A stretch of DNA of 64,000 nt from Sphagnum compactum (Eukaryota), in NCBI GenBank assembly GCA_965153455.1, contig OZ234493.1, positions 32,788,213-32,852,212 of the forward strand, given 5' to 3'. Under the pieces are notes generated by a model. The model was not told where the DNA came from. It worked only from the letters and a program-made list of their open reading frames with translations, and made no database searches. Positions 54,201 to 64,000 of the stretch are shown piece by piece (the first letter of the stretch is position 1; each line of letters starts with the position of its first letter). A program made the position numbers and the translations under genes.

Positions 54201-54419
54201 GACCCTTCCTCCAATTCATGCAACGCATCATTCCAGGGCTTGGAGGGAAAAAGAAGAAGGAAGAAGAAGATTTCTGTCATGAAAATGCAGAGAATGTACC
54301 ACTCTGTAGGAGATACACGGACGTGCATTATGCTGTCTTGAGTAGAAGAGTCGATGCAGTCCTGCAGAGAAGGAGATGGGCCGCCACAACAATCGAGCTC
54401 GCTGCACAACACCCGCCAT
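51281..54419 (-). pseudogene. RECA: Organellar (probably mitochondrial) RecA pseudogene, intron-containing
   Basis: RecA motifs: [109 protein letters not shown]. Stops at 53513-53515 (TGA), 52933-52935 (TAG with indel), 52538-52540 (TGA) and 52090-52092 (TAA). R/L/S-rich presequence-like start at 54419. Confidence 0.93.
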
Positions 54420-54854
54420 TGCTGCTGCTCTTCAGCAAGAGCAGCAGCAACTGTGACAGTTTGTAAGTACCCAAGAGCATGAGGAAACCACGGCTCGCTT
54501 CATGGGTAGTTTGGATCTGGACAGTCCAAGTGGCCAATCGGACGGTTGAGGCGCAGACCGGGCTCGCCGTTTGCCACCCCCTTTGAAATTCGTGCCTCCG
54601 GTTTGTGTTTTTGGCGTCGTCGCTGTTTTCTGGGACCGCGAGTCCTGCGCACGGTTTCGGGAGCGGCGCGTCACGTCACGCGCGCGCTCTAGTTGGGTCC
54701 TGGCGCTTGATCCCCTCGTTGTTGTTGTTGTTTGTTCCCTGGAGAGGTTTACCGGAAAGAAGCGCGAGCAATCCAGAGGTGGTGGAAGTGCGAGGAGAGG
54801 GAGAAGAAGAAACCGAGTGTTTTGTGGGGAGAGGGGAAGCGACTGGCATTTGGA
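54420..54854. promoter_or_regulatory. Putative bidirectional promoter between the RecA pseudogene and PP2A
   Basis: About 435 bp separates the divergent start codons. The interval is CpG-rich and contains CCAAT, TCACGTCACG and CGCGCG motifs. Confidence 0.6.
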
Positions 54855-57800
54855 ATGGGGGAGATCAAACGGGGAGCGATGAGTGTGGTGCAGGTATCTT
54901 CCAATGTGCATGGGCAGTTGGATGCACAGATAGAACAGCTCATACAATGCAAACCACTTCCGGAACAGGAGGTTCTTTTTTTCCGTTTTCCCCGATCCCG
55001 AATCCCTCTCTCTACTAGGGTTTGTCTTTTGCTTTCATCTCAGCGGCGTTCTAGTCCCTGCCATTCAATGATGGAGCTGATGTGTCCTGATACTCTGTGA
55101 GTAACACGCACTAGCAAGCTATGTAACACCATCATCACACTTACAAGCTTGTGACTGCACTCATTCTTGTCACATTAGAGTTTGACCCAGAACTGACCAC
55201 AACTGTTTCCTTTCAACGCGAATTTTTGCGGAGTTTTCTTTCTCTCCAATCTCATTTGTGTACCCTACACCATTGACCGACTGCACAAGGGCTGAGGTTT
55301 CTATTCCAGAGTATGTTAGGATTTACAGGTTTTTATACTCCTTGTGTTGCTTTTTGTCTGACATGGGAAGTTCATGTGTCTCCTTGGAGGTTTGATTGAT
55401 GATGCTGCGGCAAGCTCGAAGCCTGGTATTTTAGGGTTTACATGTTGTGATAGTCCTTGTGTTGCTTTTGTCCAACATGGGAGGTTCATGTGTCTCCTTG
55501 GAGGTTGGATTGATGATGCCATGGCAGGCTTGAGGCCTGGTCTTGGTCACCAATGTCTGAAAGCACTACAGGATTACCAGGCAAAATGATGATGCTGTCT
55601 CAAAGGAGTGAGCAGAAGAGAAATAAGATTCATTTTCTGCTGTTGTCAAAATGATTCTAGACTGTGTATATATGTGTGTGAGAAAGTGGTGCTCAGAAAG
55701 CTTGTTCTCTTGTGATGATGATGCAGGTCCGGTCATTATGTGAAAAGGCAAAGGATATTTTAATGCAGGAAAATAATGTGCAGGTTTTCTTCTTCTTCTT
55801 CTTCTTCTTCTTCTGTGCATATTGCCACTTTCTGGAAATTGTGCTTTCTATGACCCTTTTTCATGACAAGCTACAGGATGCTTCTGTTGCATTTTAGCTC
55901 TTAATGCATGACATTTAACAGGCAGTGCTCTTAGGTGACCAATCAAGCAAACCCTGAAGAGTATGTGTGGACATTGTGGGACGGGTAACAGCCAGTAAAA
56001 TGTCCAGTCACAATATGTGGTGATATACATGGTCAATTTCATGATCTTGCAGAGCTCTTCCGGATTGGAGGGAAGGTTAGTGGTGCCCTCTCTCTCTCTG
56101 CGCATGTCTCTCTCTCTCTCTGCCTGACTAGTGTACATTGCATAAGTCCTGTACAGAGGTTGTAACTGGTATTGCCCATGTGTTTTGTTAGTTTTTTTCC
56201 TTTGTCCTCTGTTGCTTGTTTTTAGCTCACATATATTCTTGTTTTGTAGTGCCCGGACACCAACTATTTGTTCATGGGGGATTATGTTGATCGTGGCTAC
56301 TATTCTGTTGAAACTGCTTCTGTGAGTATCAGCCTACTTCACCCAATTCCAGACCATCAATTGAAATTATCCAGCAGAACAACAAAACTAGGGACAGCCG
56401 TAATGTGAAAATCATGCATGAGAAAACAATGGAGTCTCAACTGACTGCCAAGGAGCAGATCAACCCAAATTGAACCTCCGTGGTCTATGTGGTAGCACAG
56501 TCCTTATCCCTTTGCTATCTTCCTATTTGCTTGCCACTCACCTTCTCTGCTGGGTGACATCATGCCTAGATGAAGGCACCTTGCATCAGGGCAAAAGTAT
56601 GGCACCATTATGTTTTGTTATCAAAGCTCTTTGCATTAGCAGGACATCAGATGTCGGCAGTTGTGGATTGAGCTCAGCCCAAGTGAAGGGATACAGTGCT
56701 GCTCAGCTGATCTGACGGTGCTCATGATTGCAGCTTTTGGTGGCTTTGAAGGTGCGTTATCCAGACCGCATCACCATTTTGCGGGGCAACCATGAGAGCC
56801 GGCAGGCAGGTTCTCCTGTCTTTCTATTTTCAGACCTTTCAATCTCCTGCTGTCTCTGTTCCTGTCATATAGTACTATATTAATTACTCAGATGCAATCT
56901 TCTTTGTCTGCAGTGCAATGTGGGTGTTCTATTGTTCAAAAAGAAATTCAAAATTGCACTTTCCACTCCTGAAGAGAATTTGAACCCAATGTACTGATTG
57001 GGGTTTTTTTTTTGGTGGACTGAGCAGATTACTCAAGTCTATGGCTTCTATGATGAGTGCCTACGAAAGTGAGTGATGGCAGCAATTCCTTGTCTTGAAA
57101 TTAGGCTCCTCCTGGCAATCACTTCAGGCATGACTGTGTTTATTTGACAGCTATTTGTGTTTCAATTCTAGATCTTGTTCAGCAGATCTTTGCCAGTGTG
57201 GCTTAAGAGTGAATGAGATGGTCATGAGTTGTAATGTTTAGACACCTGATGTGTTGTGTCATCTTTTTCCTAACAGTGCAGGCACCTAGTTTGACTCAAA
57301 TAGGTCATGTGTTGGTTGCATGCAGGTATGGAAATGCTAATGTGTGGAAGATTTTCACAGATCTCTTTGACTACTTCCCACTTACCGCACTGGTAAGATT
57401 TTGTGTAGTTATTTTCCAGGTTGAGACAAGTCTTACCAACTACACATCTTGACGTGGATAGTGTTTGGCTAGGGGAGAACATAATTGATTTATGTATTGG
57501 TCGACCCTGCTACACCAAGGGACAAAATCCATCTACAGAACAGGATAGAGAAGTCAAGGTTGAAATGGAATGACTGCTGAAGAGAAGAAAGGTGCCTAAA
57601 CAGTAGCTTGAAGCTGTCTCTGCTCTTGATCTTTTTGGTTGATCTCTCTGGACTTCCCCTGAAGGCAAAATACGAAATAAATCATGCAGAGAATTTTGGG
57701 TCAACATATATGCCTTTGTGGCTATAATCTTGTGATTATCACCCTTGGAATCTTGTGGGTTTCATGTTTTGCTCCATCTTAACTGGAGATTGTGCATGCC

Positions 57801-59685
57801 CAATATCAACCCATCAAACATTCTTAGGTTTCTAAGTCTCAGGTGGGTGGCATTGCACCAGAAAGTATGGTTTTTCATACCAACTGCTATTTTAGCCCTG
57901 GGACTGACACATATGGGTTGCATTTGCAGAAAGAGCAATGAATTATAGATAGTACAAAAATATTGTAGTTCTTCTAGATTCAGAAAATGCTTTGACTAAT
58001 TGGAACTCTGTTGCTTCAGGTGGAGTCAGAAATTTTCTGTTTGCATGGAGGGCTGTCCCCAAGTATTGATTCACTGGACCACATTCGTGAGCTTGACCGA
58101 GTGCAGGAGGTGCCACATGAGGGTCCCATGTGCGATCTCCTCTGGTCTGATCCGGATGATCGCTGTGGCTGGGGAATTTCCCCTCGTGGTGCTGGTTATA
58201 CCTTTGGCCAGGTTAGGACTGCCTTCCTGCTGCTCTTTCCTTTTTGAATCAACTCAGATATGTGAGTGGTTGCCACAGAAGCTCAACTGTCTGAATTCAG
58301 TGGCAGTCTGTTACAAATGTTTCCTTGGAATAACAGATGGTTATGTTTCCTCTGTGAAGTTGTGGTAGGAAGTGCATTGCAGTGCAGGTGAATTATAGAT
58401 ATTTTCACCTTCTTTAACAAAGTGTTAGTTTGTGTTTTGTAGTCCTTCAAAATGTTGGCCTCATTCATGTTTTTGGAGCTGTCATGCTTGCATTTATGCT
58501 TTGCACTTTGGTCTTTCGTCTGTGCGTTCTGACATTTCCAAGTAACAAGTGATTGACCAGAGCTCCCCATGTCCTGGTAGCATCACTTTTATGAGACAGT
58601 TGTGCTGAAAGAGAGCATGTATGGTAGTTCTTGAGGGCTACATCTGGAGTTATATACCAAGAGAAGGCTGATTTGCAAGACTGTAGAAAACTTGCATTGT
58701 GACCATGCAAGCATCTGTTGGGCCTGGTGAGGCTAGTAAGAGGATCTGTTGGGGAAGAGGCATTGGACAGAGGGAGATTTGCAAGCTAACTCTGAGTGTA
58801 TGTGTTCTCAAATGGATTGAGGAAATGCACTGCTGAAGGGAGAAATGAAAGTATTCACTGCAGGACATTTCGGAGCAGTTCAATCAGAATAACAACTTAA
58901 AGCTGGTGGCACGTGCACATCAACTAGTTATGGAGGGCTACAACTGGGGACATGTATGTACCTTTTTGTTATCTCTGTGGTTGGGTATTTTCCTTCTTGT
59001 GCCACTATTGTTTGGGCAACTTGTTCCAAATGTTTACTCTTTGCCGATCTGGTCATTCCCAATGGCACTGAGAAAAAATGTGATTTATGGGGCAGGACCA
59101 TAAGGTTGTGACAATATTTAGTGCTCCCAACTACTGCTACCGTTGTGGTAAGTCACTAGCCTTTATCCAGCTCCCATTATTGATTTTGTGCCTTCTGCAC
59201 AGTCTCTTTTTGTGATGTAGGAAGAAGCATTTTTTCACATCCAGTGCTTCACAAATGACATGAACAGATGTGTTCAGTTGGTGAGCAGGAGATGTGGTTG
59301 TTCTTGGCACTTGTTGCTGCAGGTAACATGGCATCTATTTTGGAAGTAGATGATAACATGGGGCACACCTTCATCCAGGTCAATCCCATTCCAAGAATTG
59401 CTTCACTTTTTTCAAAAGTTTGAAGTTGTAGGTTGTCACTTGTGTTTGGTTCATGCCAGGTAGTGGCAATTTAGATAGGAGGCAAACCCCTCATCTTCGT
59501 CTGTAAATGCCCCTCAGAACCCCCCATCAACCTAAATGATAACTCAGATGTGTATTGAATCCAAGGAACTTTTGAGCAAAGAAGGTGACCTGGTAGGAGT
59601 GATGTTTGTTATGTGCCAGTTTGAACCTGCACCAAGACGAGGAGAACCAGATGTGACAAGGCGTACTCCAGATTATTTCCTTTAA
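54855..59685 (+). CDS. PP2A: Ser/Thr protein phosphatase 2A catalytic subunit (subfamily II, PP2A-3/4-like), 12 coding exons
   Basis: [48 protein letters not shown] and the C-terminal RRTPDYFL*. In-frame ATGs at 54855 and 54879. One GC-AG intron (56806-57027). Confidence 0.97.
55316..55544 (+). repeat. ~115-bp tandem duplication in PP2A intron 1
   Basis: TTAGGRTTTACA..CCTTGTGTTGCTTTT..CATGGGARGTTCATGTGTCTCCTTGGAGGTT..GATTGATGATGC..GCCTGGT occurs twice. Confidence 0.9.
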
Positions 59686-61948
59686 ATCTTGCACTAGGTT
59701 GTCCGTACTTATGAAGAATCACAGATTTGGGTTTCCATGTCAGCGTAGCTTGTAGACACTTGCCCTTGGTAGCTAGAAATAGGCTGCCATTGTGTGCCAT
59801 TGCTTTTTTGCTACATTGTGGTCATGATGCAACACTTTCTTTGGCTCAACTACCAGAATGTAATAGGATCTTGCTGATTGTTACAGGTGCAGCAACCCTT
59901 ACTGTAGTTTTCAATAACATGGTTGAAGCCATTCTCTTTTGCTAATTTATACAGTGCTGAGCACTTGTCAGACCACCAATTGATATATGGTTAAATGTAC
60001 TACTTGAGTGTGGTGGAACTGGAGCTGATTCATGCTAGCTATCAAATTTGTGATTTCCAGCAGGTGTTCCAAGTTTTAGAGTTGGTCATACTAGTTCTGT
60101 CACTACCAGAGAGGACAGTAAGATAGCATTGTGGATATTGGTGAAAATTGTTGTCGGGCATTCATTGGTGCAAACAGGTTTGCTTTTTAGGTTTTGGCTC
60201 TGTGAACACTGTGTAACAGGTTTTGGTTGATTCCATAGGACCAACTGTTGTAAGTGGCAGGCAAATCTTGTCCCCAAGGGCCTGACTGCTTGGGCAAGTT
60301 AATGAGCACATAAGCAGGATGATCAGATGGTAAAACACAGGATGATGTATAATGGGCAGATGGAACTGGAATTTGCTGGAGACATGCAATTCAAGTGAAG
60401 GAGTCAGACATGTTATATGTGTGGGAGTGCCAAATGGAGTTTATGGTAATGTGGATACAGGAGATCCCATCATGTAGTGAGAGTTGTTCAATTCAACACT
60501 GGATTGTAACACAGGCTTTCCTGCCACTATTGAACCTTTAGGTTGATGGTTGGCATTTGGGATGCTAGTGTGCAATATTTCATCCACATTGTCTTCAGAG
60601 ATGGTTGCTTATATTCTGACTGACACAAAGAGGAAGAAAACAAACATATTCAACCTTGCTCCTGCTTGAGTTATGTTTCTTACCCTGCTAATATCCTCTT
60701 GCCATATTAGGAGATGTCGGATATAGCTGAGATTATGCAATTCTATTGTTCATGAGAGCTCTATGATGGTGTCAATTGAATTAAGTTGTCTGTTGATTAG
60801 AAATTGCAGCTTTTATGATTACACAGCTCTACAAATTCATGTTGTTCAATCCAGCTTTCAAATGTGCAACAGTTCTGGGTCAATCTAGAAGAATTCTCCT
60901 CATTGTGATTCTTGAGCCATGTGTCTATGACTGCACCCACTGTTTTTGTCTTATCTGATTCAGACTGGAACCACAACAAATTGGATGGCTTCTGAAGCTA
61001 CCTGCAACTGTAGTCCTGCAAGACTGTCTTCACAGTCCAAGGTAGGATATGCATGATCCTCTCTTACTATGTCTTCTAAACAGCAATCATGAGCTTTGTA
61101 TAATTTGCATAGACATCATACCTTCAACAGAGATATAAAACCTCTGTCAGCTTCTTCTTGACATGATCTACTGGGCTGCCGACACAAGAAACAGGATACA
61201 GGAAACTGTCATCTCCAAGAACAGAAGTAATGATGCTACTACTGCCACAACCAAAACAAAGTGTCTTACAAAAGACATGCAATCAAGACAGTAGTGCAAC
61301 AAGGAAAAGAAGGGAGGTGATGAAGACAAGATGGCTTGTGCAAATTGCAAATCCAAATGTGTCATAAAACTAGAGTCCTCTTCTCAAGTGCTTCCAGCAA
61401 GCACTTGGGAAGGATGGGGTTTGTACAAGAAAGAGCTCATGCATGCCCTGGCTCTCATCAAACTGGCCTCTTCTTCTTCTTCTTCTTCTTATAGTTTCCT
61501 TCACTGATTTTTCTTCGTCTCAAATGATCTTTTTTCCCAAAATCCTCTTCTTGTGGTTTCCTTTTTCTGAATCTTCCTCTTGTCTCATCATGCCTTCCTT
61601 CCTTCCAGCGCTTGGCACACTCCCCTGGCCTGGTCTGATCTGATCCAGAGGTGCCAATCTCTTCCATCTGCTTAGAGGCATTGTCATTGGCTTTTTCCTG
61701 ACAATGGCACTAAGCAAAATGGCAAGAGGGGATGGGGGGGGAACAGGAGTTGTGGCAGGTGCGAGCCAGGAGTGGCTTTGCATCATCATCATCAATCCTT
61801 TCAGAGCTTTCTCCTCCTGCTGCTTGTTGCTCGTGTTCTTCTTCCTCTTCTTGCCACAGCTCTGCTTAGAGTCATTGTCATTGGCTTTTTCCTGGCAATG
61901 ACACTAAGCAAGGCCTATGTCACATTCCTCCTCCCAAACCACCTCCCC

Positions 61949-63053
61949 TCACTCTTGCAAGGATTGTTCTCCACAGCTAGGGCATGAAGGGAATGAAAGT
62001 GATAGCATGACAAACATGGAGCAATGGCGACAACCCAATGCTACCATCCCCCTTGTCGTCCTCGTCTCCTCCTCCTCTCTGACATCATCCTCACCTTTCC
62101 GCTGCTTCTTTTTCTCTATGCTGCTATGTTCCACAGATTCCACCTCTCCTGCTCCGGACGAAGCTTGAGAAGAAGAAGGGTTTTCTTGTTCTCCTTCCTT
62201 CAAGCATCCAATATCCGATGGTGGTGCTTCTTCTTCTTCTTCTTCAGCAGTATGAGGCCCCTGCTGCGGAAACTCATTCTTGGGTGTGAAGCAGCGAGCT
62301 TGCGCTTTCAATACTAGAGCTCGCACGGATTCATCGACTTGTCGAACAAGCTCTCGGGGATCCTTTCTCGCTCGTTTGAAGGAACGCCAGTGGAAGTAGT
62401 AGAGCTCCCCCGTCTGCCACAAACCCCACACTTTGCTGATCAGCAGGCACGCATTATGTTAAGAAAGCCCAAGCTAACTAAGCTCAAGAAACAGGAATTG
62501 CTGAAGAATGTGTTTCCTTTTTTGCTACCTTCAGATCCAAGAACTGTTCCCAATCCTCCGGAAGAGGGGATTGCGTGTGAAGCTCCACCTCGATTCCGCT
62601 AGCATCAGCAACAGCAGTCGCAGCTTTCTCACATTGCTTCTTAAGAGTTTCTTCTTCTTCTTCTTCTTCTGCAGCTTCGTCCTCTTCCCCATCACGATCT
62701 GCTGCTGGGCAGGCACGTTTCCGTTTGCCAGGAGCCTCGTCGACACCACCACCACCATCGCTGGACCTCAGTACCTTCACCTGCTGCTGCATTAGTTCCA
62801 AGACCTCTTGCGGCCACGCCTGTGGCTTCACGCTGGCTGGCGGAGTTTGTCCCGGCGTAGCGGGAGAGAGAGGGGGAGGAGAGGAGCGGCAGCATTTCAC
62901 CGCCACCCCCGGCGGCTTACTCAGAGCAGCAGCATCCACGTTACTAGAGGGAGGAAGTGTAAGCGCCATTGAAGAAGAAGGCGGAGGCGGCGCGTGGGTT
63001 CGAAGCTCGAGTGTGGAGCAAATGCGAGGCGCTATTTTGCCTGACCTCCCCAT
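61949..63053 (-). CDS. CFL1: CURLY FLAG LEAF 1-like WW-domain protein with C-terminal Cys4 zinc ribbon; exons 63053-62529, 62413-61949
   Basis: IEVELHTQSPLPEDWEQFLDLK|TGELYYFHWR..DPR (WW domain split by a phase-0 intron) and MVALGCRHCSMFVMLSLSFPSCPSC. Confidence 0.85.
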
Positions 63054-63772
63054 TACAACAACCGTTTTCTTCTTCTTCCCAAAGCTTCTTGTTGTTGTAG
63101 TAGTAGTATTGGGTTCAACGCAACCAGGCGAAGAAGGAGAAGAAGAAGAAGAAGACACCAGTCGTAAGAAGCGCAACACATAACAAGAAGACTGCGACAA
63201 CACCAACACAAACTGCATAGCAAGCCAACAAAGGAACCAAGAGGATCCCAGGACAACCGACAAGCACCCACTACTACACACAACTCCACCCACTTATGAG
63301 CCAACAACAACAACAACACAATAGTAAACAAAGACACAGAGAAAGAAAACCAAAACACACACACACACACACTTGTACAAACACACCACAACAATAAAAC
63401 ACAAAACTGACTGCAGTTTATGAGAACTGAATTCAAACAGAAAATACACAACTGAAAAGCGGAGGAGAAGGAAAACAATCAAACATCAAGCACTCAAAGA
63501 AAGAAAGAAAGAAAGAGGGAGAGATACAAATCCAACTAACCCACCCAAATGGGAGAGAAAAAGGAAATGCAAAAGTAGGAAGGAAAAAGATCGAGAAAAA
63601 TAAGTAGAAATCGGCCCCCCACACACACACAACTAAACACGACAGATGGCAGATCTCGACAGAATAATTAAATAATAAAAGAGAGAGAGAGAGAGAGAGA
63701 GATTACAAATCTTGGGGAGAGAGAATTTCAAGCAGAGAATAGCAAAAGAGAAGGAAAACAAATTACCTAAAC

Positions 63773-64000
63773 AAACAAGGGGTATGTTCACACTGTGGCC
63801 TTGCTGTCTACATTTAAAAGAATATTAAAGAAAAAGAAGAATTATGAAAATTCAAATATTTCACCATGCCAAAATATAATCTCCCAAAACAAATCCTCTA
63901 AAAGAAACCAAAATCCTTCAAGATATCATAACTCTATAACTCATCTCAAGTTTCATCACAAGTCAAAATATCATCATTCAAAAATCCTCATATAAAAATA
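63773..64000 (-). mobile_element. Interspersed element copy C (truncated by the window edge)
   Basis: AAACAAGGGGTATGTTCACACTGTGGCCTTG..AAATCCTCTAAAAGAAACCAAAATCCTTCAAGATAT matches copy A from 19307 in the same orientation. Confidence 0.85.

Overview
Eukaryotic nuclear DNA from a land plant: spliceosomal introns, microsatellites, AT-rich intergenic transposon debris and plant-type protein families. A bryophyte such as a peat moss is my inference, not something the sequence proves. Apparently intact spliced genes: RING-HC E3 ligase with C-terminal transmembrane segments (1241-2561,+), TMEM230-like (22695-23642,+), AUGMIN1/HAUS1 (32705-34577,-), WDR36/UTP21 (37209-44572,-), PP2A catalytic subunit (54855-59685,+) and a CFL1-like WW-domain protein (61949-63053,-). 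Three genes are decaying. An organellar (probably mitochondrial) RecA carries at least four premature stops plus frameshifts and sits head-to-head with PP2A. A Tim17/22/23-family gene has two TGA stops and no visible 3' exons. An unrecognised coiled-coil gene has a broken 5' half but four phase-consistent 3' exons. Mobile DNA includes a complete degenerate 5.6-kb PIF/Harbinger element with TTA target duplication, a nested MITE in its transposase and an ASR3/SH4-like trihelix second ORF; an empty-site paralog in the same window confirms its ends. There are also three copies of a ~340-bp element built like a Helentron-associated (DINE-1/HINE) element, and the terminal hairpin loop is inverted between two copies. 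Family names come from my recollection of conserved motifs; no searches were run.
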